From Nitrospinaceae bacterium (GTDB lineage: Bacteria; Nitrospinota; Nitrospinia; Nitrospinales; Nitrospinaceae): DNA of 64,000 nt. The translations under genes and the position numbers were made by a program. Every line of letters starts with the position of its first letter. The first letter of the stretch is position 1. Under the pieces are notes generated by a model, which was not told where the DNA came from, did no database searches, and saw nothing but the letters and a program-made list of their open reading frames with translations. Shown here piece by piece: positions 29,851 through 39,765 of this stretch. The DNA lies in NCBI GenBank assembly GCA_965237905.1, contig OZ250172.1:896001-960000 (forward strand), in the 5' to 3' direction.

Positions 29851-30645
29851 CTAGCGGGCCCTCTTCAGGCTGTTTTTGTTGAAATGCTTGTCCGCGAGTC
29901 CGGTGCGAAACGTGTAATTCCTCCAACTGAGCTGGGTACTCTTGCCGGTTTGATGATTGACCATAAACATTTCATCCGGGTACCAGTATTGATTCAGATA
30001 CTTCTGGTATCCCTCATAAGTCAGTGTTTTGAGCAGGGAATCCTTGCGATCATAGAAATCAACCTTGAGGATGCGGTATTCGCCCTGATCAACCCAAACC
30101 ACGCGCCGCGTATAACCTGAATTTTCATACGCTGGAACCTGTTCGACCACAAAACTTTTATGACCCTGATATTCCTCATCGCGGAGCCATTTGTAGGTGT
30201 ACTTCTTGACTTCCTGACTGGTGATGTCTTCGTAAGCAAACTCACTGCCCACAAACGGTCCCGACTTGTTGGAGGAACTGATGCGCTTGACTCGTTTCAG
30301 AGCCGGCAGATACAACCATTGATCATCGTTGCCCAACGAGTGTGAAAAATTCAGAAAGGCGGTTTTCTTGATGTCGCGCGGCCGATCGAAAATCGTCAGG
30401 TTTTTATCTCCATCGCCTTGCACCTCGAGGGTTTTGAAGCGAAAGTAACGAGTGCTTTCATCCCCCTGACGGTTTTTCAGGATCATAATGGAGTCCGCTT
30501 TATAATCATGGAAACCATTGTCACGTTTGTCGTCCTCCACCGCGATCGCCAGCCCCTTTTCCTCGGGGGTCATGGCGGCAGCTGAAAGTGGGATACCGGT
30601 TCCGACTAATATTAAACTTATAATTAAAATTCTTGAAATGCTCAT
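29851..30645 (-). CDS. LolA-like outer-membrane lipoprotein-sorting protein, copy 1
   Basis: Signal peptide; DDQWLYLPALKRVKRISS; FVGSEFAYED. Confidence 0.88.
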   Translation of the reverse strand: MSISRILIISLILVGTGIPLSAAAMTPEEKGLAIAVEDDKRDNGFHDYKADSIMILKNRQGDESTRYFRFKTLEVQGDGDKNLTIFDRPRDIKKTAFLNFSHSLGNDDQWLYLPALKRVKRISSSNKSGPFVGSEFAYEDITSQEVKKYTYKWLRDEEYQGHKSFVVEQVPAYENSGYTRRVVWVDQGEYRILKVDFYDRKDSLLKTLTYEGYQKYLNQYWYPDEMFMVNHQTGKSTQLSWRNYTFRTGLADKHFNKNSLKRAR

Positions 30646-30706
30646 GATAGTCTCCTTTTTGGTTAATTTTATATTTATAAGTAGGTGTCTATCCCGAGTC
30701 CGGCTT

Positions 30707-33046
30707 TTACGCCGTCGAGGGTACAGGGTTCATTTCCTCCGGGATTTCAATATCCTTTCCAAATTTTTCCTCGATTTTCATCAATAAAGGCGGCAAGAAC
30801 AAAAAGTCCGCCAACAAAGCGAAGCCGATGGTCATGGCCGTCAGGTATCCCATGTGAGAATTGATGGTGAATCCGGACGAAGCCAGCACCAGAAATCCGG
30901 TGACCAGAACAATGGAAGTCACCCACAACGCCATGCCCACGGTATGAAAGGAATAGCGCACCGCTTCTTCGGGAGTTTTGCCTTGTTCGCGCCGCGCCAG
31001 CAGGTATTTACTCAGGAAGTGAACCGTGTCGTCGACGATGACTCCGAGAGACAGGGCGATCACCACCGAAACGGCCATCCCTATTTCCTCAAACACCAGG
31101 GCCCATAAACCGAAGGCCATGAACGCCGGAACCAGATTTGGGATCAGGCTGATGAGGCCGAACTTGAAGCTGCGCAAGGTCACCATCAGTATTCCTGAAA
31201 TCAAGACCAGTGCCAGAGCAGTCCCGACAAGCATGCTCTCGACATTTCTAAGAGCAATGTTGGAGAACATGATCAAGGGACTGGCGCCGTGCGTCTGCAT
31301 TCCAGGCAATCCGTTCACCTTAAGCCAGGTCTGGGCTTTCTCCTCCAGTGCCAGAGCGGTTTTGGTGTTGATCTCTTTAAAGACAACCGTAAAGCGGGTG
31401 GCCGATTTGCTGACGTTGATCTGATTGTTCAAATCCAGGCCATACGGCAGGCTCATTTCAAACAACAACAGATACTGCGCCGCCAGTTCCCGGTCTTTCG
31501 GAATGTCGTAATACAAAGAATCATCACCGTGCATGTTTTTGTTCAGCCGTTTCATGACATCGGTCAACGTGCCCACATACATGACATTGGGTTGTTGGCG
31601 GTACCACGCTTTGAATTCATCCAGTTTGGCGAGGTATTCCGGCTTACTGATGCCTTCGGCCTCTCCCGCCCTCAACGAATATTCAATGGACTCAAACCCG
31701 GTGAGGTTCTGGGTCACAAAGTCAGTGTCGGTGCGAAAGGCGTAACGTTCATCAAAATACTCCTCAAACAAATCGTTGATCTGAATGCGTGGAATAAACA
31801 CAGTCAAGGCAACGATCAAAGCCATCATGCCCCAGTACAGTCGCTTGCGGTTGTTAATCACGAAATCCGCAACGCGTTCCATGGTTCCGTTCTTCTTGGG
31901 TTGGCTTGTTTTTTTTGCCAGTGGAATCACCGACATGAATGCCGGCAAGAAGAGGACGGAGTATGCAAAAGCTGCCATCACGCCGACCGCCACCATGTTT
32001 CCTAAATCCCAATAAGGAGGCGAATCGCTGAAATTCAAACTCAGGAAGCCGATCGCTGTCGTCACACTGGTGATGAGCACCGGTTTGAAGTTGACGCGCA
32101 GTGATTCGATGATGGCCTCATTTTTGGTTTTCCCATGACGCATCTCATGAAACAAGGTGATCAGAATATGGATGCTGTCTGCCACAGCCATGGTCAGTAT
32201 GTAGACCGGGGCGTTGGCGGAAACCGGGGTGAGTAACACTCCCCACCAACCCCCGATGCCCAATGCCGTTGCGGTGGCCATGCCGATCAGCAAAAGCGTG
32301 GACATCGTGCCTGCCAATGAACGGAGAGCCACCCACATCCCAACGGCAATCAACAGAAACATGAGTGGAACCAGTGTTTGCATATCCTGCTGGCCGGCTT
32401 CCACAAACTGGTTGTTGATCATGGCGACGCCGGTGAGATAAACATTGAATTCAGAATGGTTCGCGCGGAAATCATCGGCCATGCTACGGACAAAAGCCGC
32501 TACCTCTGGAACTTCGGTGATGGTTTTTCCAGGGAGGTTGATGGTGACGTTGATCCCGGTCACGTGCGCCGTGGGTGAAATGAGGCGATTGACCAATAAC
32601 GGTTCGGATAGAGCGATCTTCTTTTTCTGTTCCAGGTAGCGGTCGGGCAAACTCATGGCATTCTTCACCAAATCTTCCACTACGAGTCCGTCTCCGTCCG
32701 CCCAGGAATGTTGAAAATTGGTCACCGATTCCACGCGAATGGAATAGGGAATCTGCCAGGACTGTTTCGTCAACTCCTCGACCGCGGCCAAATTCTCACG
32801 CGTGAATACCCGGCCGTCTTTGGGAGCGAGGGCGATCATCACATTGTCGTTTTTGGTGTATGTGTTTTGCAGGGCATCGAACGCCTGCATTTGCGGATTT
32901 TCCTTGCTGAAAAACACCCGGTAATCCGAGGAAAAATCGAGAAATCGGGCGCCACTTGCGGCGGCCATCACGAACAACAGGGTGACCAGAATGATCCACC
33001 AGCGGAAGCGGATCACCCATTCTCCATAACCGTATTTGCGTTGCAT
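30707..33046 (-). CDS. MMPL/RND-family transporter, copy 1
   Basis: Two TM halves; AVADSIH, TSVTTAIGFLSL, GVIVDDTVHF. Confidence 0.93.
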   Translation of the reverse strand: MQRKYGYGEWVIRFRWWIILVTLLFVMAAASGARFLDFSSDYRVFFSKENPQMQAFDALQNTYTKNDNVMIALAPKDGRVFTRENLAAVEELTKQSWQIPYSIRVESVTNFQHSWADGDGLVVEDLVKNAMSLPDRYLEQKKKIALSEPLLVNRLISPTAHVTGINVTINLPGKTITEVPEVAAFVRSMADDFRANHSEFNVYLTGVAMINNQFVEAGQQDMQTLVPLMFLLIAVGMWVALRSLAGTMSTLLLIGMATATALGIGGWWGVLLTPVSANAPVYILTMAVADSIHILITLFHEMRHGKTKNEAIIESLRVNFKPVLITSVTTAIGFLSLNFSDSPPYWDLGNMVAVGVMAAFAYSVLFLPAFMSVIPLAKKTSQPKKNGTMERVADFVINNRKRLYWGMMALIVALTVFIPRIQINDLFEEYFDERYAFRTDTDFVTQNLTGFESIEYSLRAGEAEGISKPEYLAKLDEFKAWYRQQPNVMYVGTLTDVMKRLNKNMHGDDSLYYDIPKDRELAAQYLLLFEMSLPYGLDLNNQINVSKSATRFTVVFKEINTKTALALEEKAQTWLKVNGLPGMQTHGASPLIMFSNIALRNVESMLVGTALALVLISGILMVTLRSFKFGLISLIPNLVPAFMAFGLWALVFEEIGMAVSVVIALSLGVIVDDTVHFLSKYLLARREQGKTPEEAVRYSFHTVGMALWVTSIVLVTGFLVLASSGFTINSHMGYLTAMTIGFALLADFLFLPPLLMKIEEKFGKDIEIPEEMNPVPSTA

Positions 33047-33082
33047 CTTGTCTCCTTTGAGTATCGAATTATTCTTATTTTG

Positions 33083-33098
33083 TTAGTTAAATAACTAA
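33083..33098. promoter_or_regulatory. Putative TetR operator upstream of MMPL copy 1
   Basis: Perfect inverted repeat TTAGTTA-AA-TAACTAA. Confidence 0.7.
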
Positions 33099-33120
33099 TA
33101 CAAATGCCAAAAAAAAATTT

Positions 33121-33678
33121 CTATAGTTCCCCGATCCAGGATTTCAGCCGTGCTATCTCTAATTCAACAATCTTGGGATCGTTCAAAGCGTTAGCCAATA
33201 CACAACATCCATGAAGGGCTGAAGTCAGCTGAATTCCCAGTTTATCGGCATCTGTATGTCCCATGTGCTTAAACTGATCGGTGACCCATTTTAATTGCCA
33301 GTGAACCAAGGCATCGGCCTTATCCGAAACAGGTTGCCTGTCCTTATCCAACTCCTGGCACATACTGCCTACAGGACATCCGTATTTGGCGATTTTATCT
33401 TTCATGCTTTCCTGCATATCAAGGAGCTTGAATAGCCGCGCCCTGGGATCCGGGTTTTCCTCCCATTGCTTGACCTCGTCTTTTATGGTCTCTCTACGCT
33501 GTTCAATGACCGCGATGGCCAAATCCTCCTTGGTTTTAAAATAATAATAAACGTTCCCCAAAGGAACGCCGGAGTCCTCGGCGATATCCGCAATCGAAGT
33601 GTCTTTAAACCCTGCCTGATGAAACAGCTTGGTAGCGGATTCAACCAGTCGTTCTCTTTTGTCGGTTACACGTCCCAT
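33121..33678 (-). CDS. TetR-family regulator (NemR-like)
   Basis: HTH TSIADIAEDSGVPLGNVYYYFKTKEDL; GCPVG motif. Confidence 0.93.
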   Translation of the reverse strand: MGRVTDKRERLVESATKLFHQAGFKDTSIADIAEDSGVPLGNVYYYFKTKEDLAIAVIEQRRETIKDEVKQWEENPDPRARLFKLLDMQESMKDKIAKYGCPVGSMCQELDKDRQPVSDKADALVHWQLKWVTDQFKHMGHTDADKLGIQLTSALHGCCVLANALNDPKIVELEIARLKSWIGEL

Positions 33679-33693
33679 TTCAAAACCTATAGT

Positions 33694-33741
33694 TTAGTTA
33701 AATGACTAACTTAAAATAATACCAAATGGGAAATCTGTCAA
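33694..33741 (-). promoter_or_regulatory. tetR promoter and autoregulatory operator
   Basis: TTAGTTAAATGACTAA at 33694-33709 (15/16 match to the 33083 site); minus strand TTGACA-17-TATTTT at 33741-33713. Confidence 0.65.
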
Positions 33742-34094
33742 CCCATATTCTCAATTATTTTTATATTTTTTTCTTCTATGAGAATAGGGCTTTAATATCA
33801 ATAGGTTACAGAATACTGATTCGCCTGGATCTGACTTAGCTGGGCCCAGAATCCCGCTGGGGAGAGCACACTCGCTGACCAAACTGGGTCCAGCGACGGG
33901 CTGGGCGGAGTACCCCCGCTGGCCAATAAATTCTGGATGGCAAAGCTAACTTTTTGACCGCTCCATCCCGCTTCTGCCAAATTTCCTCCGGGCGTTGCCC
34001 GTTGGAAATGAACAAATATTGACCTGGGTAGGAAGCGCCCAATGATTAACATCAGCAATTAAATTTTCAGCAAAGTGCCAGCGGAGGCTCTCCG

Positions 34095-34880
34095 CTAGCG
34101 GGCGCGTTTGAGGCTGTTCTTGTTGAAGTCTCTATCCTTGAATCCGTTTCTGAACTCGTAATTGGACCATTTCAGCAGAGTGCTTTTTCCGGTCTGGTGG
34201 TTTTGCATGAACATTTCATCCGGGTACCAGTACTTTCCCAGATACTGATGATACCCGCGGAAGGTTTGGGTTTTCAGCAGAGCGTTTTTGCGGTCGTAAA
34301 AATCGATCTTCAGCAGGCGGTATTCCTTTTTGTCCAGCCAAACTACTTGGCGGGTGTAACCGGAGTTTTTGTAGGTGGGGTAACGTTCGAACACGAAACA
34401 CTCCATGCCGTCCAGCGTCTCGTCCCGTATCCATTTATAAGTGTATTTTTCAACTTCCTGGCTGGTGACGTCCTCGTAAGCGAACTCACTGCCCATGAAC
34501 GACCCCGACTTGTTGGCGGAACTGATGCGCTTTACCCGTTTCAGGGCAGGCAGGTATAACCATTGATCGTCGGTCCCGGTCTTATGAGTGAAGTTGAGGA
34601 GGGCGGTGCCTTTGACATCCCGCGGCTTGTCGAACACCACCAGGGATTTGTCACCGTCGTCTTTCACTTCAAGATTCTTGGTGCGGAGGTAACGGGCGCT
34701 TTTCTCGCCATGACGGTTTTTCAGAATCATCTCCATTTTTGCCTGATAGTCGACGAATCCGTTATCGCGCTTGTCATCTTCGACGGCAATGGCGAGCCCC
34801 TTTTCCACAGGAGTCTCGGCTAAGACCGGAGTTGAAACCCCTACCATTAGCAATATAATTATTCCCAAAACTCGCATCAT
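34095..34880 (-). CDS. LolA-like outer-membrane lipoprotein-sorting protein, copy 2
   Basis: Paralog of 29851-30645. Start MMRVLGII after GAGGAG. Confidence 0.88.
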   Translation of the reverse strand: MMRVLGIIILLMVGVSTPVLAETPVEKGLAIAVEDDKRDNGFVDYQAKMEMILKNRHGEKSARYLRTKNLEVKDDGDKSLVVFDKPRDVKGTALLNFTHKTGTDDQWLYLPALKRVKRISSANKSGSFMGSEFAYEDVTSQEVEKYTYKWIRDETLDGMECFVFERYPTYKNSGYTRQVVWLDKKEYRLLKIDFYDRKNALLKTQTFRGYHQYLGKYWYPDEMFMQNHQTGKSTLLKWSNYEFRNGFKDRDFNKNSLKRAR

Positions 34881-34920
34881 ATGTTTACTCCTCATCCATA
34901 TAGAAGGTTTTGAATCATCC

Positions 34921-37257
34921 TCAGGCCGTCCCCGTTTCTTCTGCCGGTTCGAGAGCACTCTCTTTGGCGTATTTTTTTTCTTCCAGTTTCATGAGCAAAG
35001 GCGGAAGAAACAAGAAGTCCACCACCAGAGCGCATACCACCGAAATGGTGGTCATGATGCCCATATGGACGTTCATCTTGAACCCGGAGAACGCCAGCAC
35101 GGAAAATCCGACCACTAAAACGAGGGAGGTCGCCCACAACGCCGTACCGACGGTGTGAAACGAATAGCGCACGGCCTCGGCGGGACTCTTGCCCTGTTCG
35201 CGGCGGGCACGCAGGTATTTGCTCATGAAATGTACTGTGTCGTCGACAATAATCCCGAGCGCTACCGGGGCGACAATGGACACGGCCAACCCGACTTCCT
35301 GGACAAAGAGTCCCCAGATGCCGAACGTCATGAATACCGGTGCCAGGTTGGGGATCATACTCATCCCGCCGAACTTGAAACTGCGCAGGGCCAGGATCAG
35401 GATCATCGAAATCAGGAACAAGGCCAGCAATACGCCAATGGTCATGCTCTTCATATTGCGTTTGGCGATATTGGAAAACATGATCAGGGGGCTGGCCCCA
35501 TGAGTGACCATGCTGGGCAGTCCGTTTTCCTTCAACCAGGCCTGCGCCTTGTCCTCCAACTCCAAAGCGTAGCGGGTGGAGACGCTCTCCAAAATAGCGG
35601 TAAACCGGGTCGATGACTTGTCGACGTTGATCTGGTTGTTCAAATCGAGACCGAAAGGCAGGGACAGCTCATATAACAAAAGATACTGGGCCGACAGGTC
35701 ACGCTGATCCGGTAGCTTGTAATAGGACTCATCGTCGCCATGCATGTTTTTGTTCAACCGTTTCATGATGTCGGTCAACGTGCTGACGTACATCACGCCG
35801 GGCTGTTGCCGGTACCATTGGGCGAACTCCTCCACTCTGGCCAAATATTCCGGATTGCTGATGCCGCCGGATTCGCCCGCGCCCAGTGAATATTCGATGG
35901 CTTCAAACCCTGTCAAGTTGTCGATGACGAAATCGTTGTCGAGGCGAAACTGATAGCGTGTATCGAAGTACTCGTTGAACTTCTCATTGATTTCCACCCG
36001 CGGAACCTGGGCAATGAGCAACACCATCACCGTCAGCATGCCCCAGTAAAGCCCTTTGCGGCGCTGGATCACGAAATCCGCAAAGCGGTCCATCACCAGC
36101 GTCTTGTCCTCGGGGTGCGGCTTGATCCGGAGAGGCAGCACCGCCATCATGGCCGGCAGAAACGTCACCGAATAAACGTAGGCCACCATCACCCCCATGG
36201 CGACGAAGTTACCGAGGTCCTGAAAAGGGGGCGAGTCGCTGAAGTTCAGGCTGAGAAAACCGATGGCAGTGGTGATACTGGTGATGAACACCGGCTGGTG
36301 ATTGACCCGGAGTGATTCGATGAGCGCCTCGCGTTTCGGTTTCCCCAACCGCATCTCATGAAACAGGGTCACCAGAATATGGATGCTGTCGGCAATCGCC
36401 AGCGTGAGAATAACGGTGGGAGCGGTAGCCGACACGGGAGTGAGCAAAACACCGAGCCATCCCCCCAGCCCCATCGCTGTCAGACTGGAAAAGGCGACAA
36501 CCAGGACAACGGTAAACGTTCCCCAAAAGGAACGCAGGACCACCGCCATGACCCCAATGATCAGGAGGTACATGATGGGAATCAGGTTTTTCAAGTCCCC
36601 CTGACTCGACTCAGTAAAAGAGTTGTTCATGAACACGATACCGGTGAGACGAAAATCGATATCGGGGTATTTGGGACGAATCTTCTCCACCATGGTACGG
36701 ACGAAGCTGACTACTTCCGGCACTTCCTCAATGGACTTCTCCGGCATGTTGACGGTGACGTTCACAGCAGTCACGCTGGCATCCGGGTTGATCAACCGGT
36801 TGAGCAGAAGCGGTTCCTTCAGCGCAATGCCTTTCACCCGCTCCAGTTTCGCGTCGGGCAATCCTTCTGCGCCTTCCACCAGATCTTCTACCACCAGATC
36901 ATCGCCATCGGCCCAGGTGTACTGAAAGTTGGTGACCGAGTCCACGCGGATAGAGTACGGAATCTGCCACGCCTCTTTGGTGAGTTCCTCCACCGCCGCC
37001 AGGGTCTCATGGGTAAACACCTTGCCGTTTTTAGGAGCAAGAACGATCATCGCGTTGTCGTTTTTGATGTACTTGTTCTGCAGGGCGTCGAAGGCCTGTA
37101 GTTGGGGATTTTCTTCGCTGAAAAAAACGCGGTAATTGTTGGAAAACTGCAGGAACCGCATGCCGCTTGCGGCGGCCGCGACCATCAACATCGTAGCGAC
37201 AATGATCCACCAGCGAAACCGTATGACCTCTTCCCCAAAACCTGTGTCTGTTTTCAT
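34921..37257 (-). CDS. MMPL/RND-family transporter, copy 2
   Basis: Paralog of 30707-33046. Start MKTDTGFGE after GGAG. Confidence 0.93.
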   Translation of the reverse strand: MKTDTGFGEEVIRFRWWIIVATMLMVAAAASGMRFLQFSNNYRVFFSEENPQLQAFDALQNKYIKNDNAMIVLAPKNGKVFTHETLAAVEELTKEAWQIPYSIRVDSVTNFQYTWADGDDLVVEDLVEGAEGLPDAKLERVKGIALKEPLLLNRLINPDASVTAVNVTVNMPEKSIEEVPEVVSFVRTMVEKIRPKYPDIDFRLTGIVFMNNSFTESSQGDLKNLIPIMYLLIIGVMAVVLRSFWGTFTVVLVVAFSSLTAMGLGGWLGVLLTPVSATAPTVILTLAIADSIHILVTLFHEMRLGKPKREALIESLRVNHQPVFITSITTAIGFLSLNFSDSPPFQDLGNFVAMGVMVAYVYSVTFLPAMMAVLPLRIKPHPEDKTLVMDRFADFVIQRRKGLYWGMLTVMVLLIAQVPRVEINEKFNEYFDTRYQFRLDNDFVIDNLTGFEAIEYSLGAGESGGISNPEYLARVEEFAQWYRQQPGVMYVSTLTDIMKRLNKNMHGDDESYYKLPDQRDLSAQYLLLYELSLPFGLDLNNQINVDKSSTRFTAILESVSTRYALELEDKAQAWLKENGLPSMVTHGASPLIMFSNIAKRNMKSMTIGVLLALFLISMILILALRSFKFGGMSMIPNLAPVFMTFGIWGLFVQEVGLAVSIVAPVALGIIVDDTVHFMSKYLRARREQGKSPAEAVRYSFHTVGTALWATSLVLVVGFSVLAFSGFKMNVHMGIMTTISVVCALVVDFLFLPPLLMKLEEKKYAKESALEPAEETGTA

Positions 37258-37420
37258 GCGCGCTCCATTTAAAGGCTCAAGACCCTTTCCGGATTTTGAC
37301 ACCGAATTGTATCCATCAGGTTAATTGAATCCGCCGGCCAAATCAAAAATGTTTTCCGCACCGAAATCAGTCACCTCTTTTTAGGTAGAAGAACAACCGC
37401 GCTTCCGGACAACAATCAAT

Positions 37421-37885
37421 TCACTCCTTATGGCATTCATTGCCGGATTCAAAACACAGGCCATCCGGTTTTTTGCCTTCTGCAATATCCTTAAGGAGTG
37501 GCAAGGCGTGTTCTTTCCAACCCTGACCGAAGGAATCGGCGCTCGGTTTCAGGCTAATATTATAATGTCTCAGAGTCAGATGCGTGGCTTTGCCCTGCGA
37601 CTTTAAAAGAATCTCCACTGTGGAATCACCCGGCTCTATATTTTCGATCCCGCCAAAGGTAAACACCACCTTTTCGTTCGGTACGATTTCGACAAATTCC
37701 CCACGGCAGTGATGGCCGTTCGGATCCCTCGCACCGACATGAAACACGCCGCCGGGTTTCGGGTCGGCCTCCACCACTTCGCCGAACCATTGCTTCATCC
37801 TGGCTTCCTCAGTCAGAAATGAAAACACCGTTTCCGGCGAGGCATCAATGGTGATCTCACGGGTCAACTCATAGGTTTCGCTCAT
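37421..37885 (-). CDS. SRPBCC/AHSA1 domain protein
   Basis: REITIDASPETVFSFLT...WFG...GEFVEIVPNEKVVFTF...GW. Confidence 0.9.
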   Translation of the reverse strand: MSETYELTREITIDASPETVFSFLTEEARMKQWFGEVVEADPKPGGVFHVGARDPNGHHCRGEFVEIVPNEKVVFTFGGIENIEPGDSTVEILLKSQGKATHLTLRHYNISLKPSADSFGQGWKEHALPLLKDIAEGKKPDGLCFESGNECHKE

Positions 37886-38193
37886 GGCTTCCTCTTCTCC
37901 TGTTTTTCGGCGGCGGCTTTCAGCCGTTCCAGTTTGGAATCCCAGAAATCTTCCAGCAACGCCCTTAAAGGACCAAACCCTTCCGGCCGCAGTCTATAAA
38001 TACGGCGTGTGCCCTCCCGTCGCTCGGCGACGAGGCCGGCGTCTTTCAGAACGCGCAGATGCTGGGAAACCGCGGGACGGGTGATGCCTTTAAACTTCCG
38101 GGCGATCTCCCCTGCCGGCATCTCCCGGCGCCGCACCATTTGTAATATGGCGAGCCGCGTTGGCTCAGCCATTGCCTGTATCGTTTCAAACAT
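37882..38193 (-). CDS. ArsR/SmtB-family regulator
   Basis: AMAEPTRLAIL, TRPAVSQHLRVLKDAGLV, RREGTRRIY; ATGA overlap with SRPBCC. Confidence 0.93.
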   Translation of the reverse strand: MFETIQAMAEPTRLAILQMVRRREMPAGEIARKFKGITRPAVSQHLRVLKDAGLVAERREGTRRIYRLRPEGFGPLRALLEDFWDSKLERLKAAAEKQEKRKP

Positions 38194-38199
38194 GACTAT

Positions 38200-38228
38200 A
38201 TGTTAGTTAAAACTAACGTAAGTGTCAA
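38200..38228 (-). promoter_or_regulatory. arsR promoter (probably leaderless) with overlapping operator
   Basis: TTGACA-17-TAACAT ending 6 nt before the ATG; inverted repeat GTTAGTT-AA-AACTAAC at 38202-38217. Confidence 0.6.
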
Positions 38229-38374
38229 CTAAAATTTTGACCCCGCAGAACCCATTGATTTTATTAAGTAAAGAGCTTCTGAAAATTTATGGATATAGGG
38301 TAGATAGCGAAAATGTTACGATTGTCCGCACCAGTTGCAAAACAATAATCCTTCTCTCAATGTAAGGAACGCCC

Positions 38375-39692
38375 ATGACTCGACAATTCATTTTCTTTTG
38401 GTTATTGGGAACCCTACTACTATTTGTGGGGGGGTTGCTCAAGTGTAGCGAAAGGAGTCACCGATTCCATTTTAGAAAAGGATGGGAATGAAAAATATTC
38501 TCGTATTTGTAACGTGAAGGGCTACCCATTTTTCGGAGTGGATGGACACATTGACCGCCAAGAAAGCCATTCAAAGAAAGGCGGTTCAGAAGATACCCGG
38601 CCCACCGCAAAGGTATTGATGATTCACGGAATCGGTTCTCCTCAGGCAGGATATTCGACCCAGTTTTTGGAGAACTTAAGCAAGGAACTTCAACTCAATA
38701 TCACGGAAAGTTTGGTAAAGGAAATCAATCTCATACATCCTACCCTTCCAAGGGAATCCCTCGGAAAGCTAATCGTAAGCCGACATTTCAATAAAGACTC
38801 TACAAGAGAATTAATTTTCTATGAGCTGACATGGTCGGAAATTATTGAAAGTGAAAAAAAACAAATTGAGTACGATAATTCGGGCAAATACTCCTATATG
38901 AGAGCCGATCTCAACCATTCCATGAAATTGTTCTTCAACCAGCATGTTCCTGATCCCATGATCTATTATGGCGACAGTCGTCAGAAAATAATTTTATCGG
39001 TGGCTCAATCCTTGTGCTGGATGTTTTACGGAGATTGGAACGACTTAAACCAATCCAAGGGAAAGTTTTGCGATAGCCGTTCCTTCCCGCTACATAGAGG
39101 AATTCAAAAAGACGATTACTCTATTGTGACTCATAGCCTGGGGAGCCGTATTATTATCGATTCCCTGCAATGGGTCGCCGAACAGGTTTCAATGGCAAAA
39201 AAGGAGGATTTAACGAATTACCAAAATGTTGCAAAAATGCTGGAGGCCATTAAAAATGAAGAGATCTCAATTTACATGCTGGCGAATCAGTTACCTCTTC
39301 TTCAACTGGGCAGAGAAGAACCCAAGGTTACCAATCAGATCAAAGAGTATTGCCACCCTGATGGAGTCCATTGGGATGATCGTTCGTTCAAGAAATTGAA
39401 TATCGTTGCTTTCAGCGATCCCAACGACCTGCTCAGTTATGGGATTCCTCCCAAATTTGCCCGCGAAAAAATGGATTCCAGGATATGCCCCAAGATAACG
39501 AATATTGAAATCAATGTCGCAGATGTGGTTTCACTCTTTGGAATGGGTGAGTTTGCTAATCCCGTGGACGCCCACAATGGTTATGATAACGACGAGCAGG
39601 TTATTCGCTTGATCGCTCATGGAATAGGCCATGAGGAGGCTTCCGAGGTAACGAAGGAAAGGTGCTCCTGGAAGGAAATAGTAGATCGTTGA
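38375..39692 (+). pseudogene. Alpha/beta-hydrolase-fold lipoprotein, frameshifted in a G7 tract
   Basis: ATG 38375 (AAGGA RBS) is out of frame with the body; G6 would give MTRQFIFFWLLGTLLLFVGG-C. Body has IHGIG, THSLG, SDPND and AHNGY. Confidence 0.7.
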
Positions 39693-39765
39693 ACTATACA
39701 AGTTTTGGGACTGCTTTGAAAACTGTGAGATCGAATTGGAGGAGCGGATGGAAGGCCTGCGCGAA

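Noticed and set aside
33798..34058. 86-aa ORF between LolA2 and tetR
   Set aside because: TTG start without an RBS and no recognisable homology.
37882..38193. Arsenic resistance operon
   Set aside because: The ArsR has no Cys and pairs with SRPBCC, a common non-metal module; no arsB or arsC.
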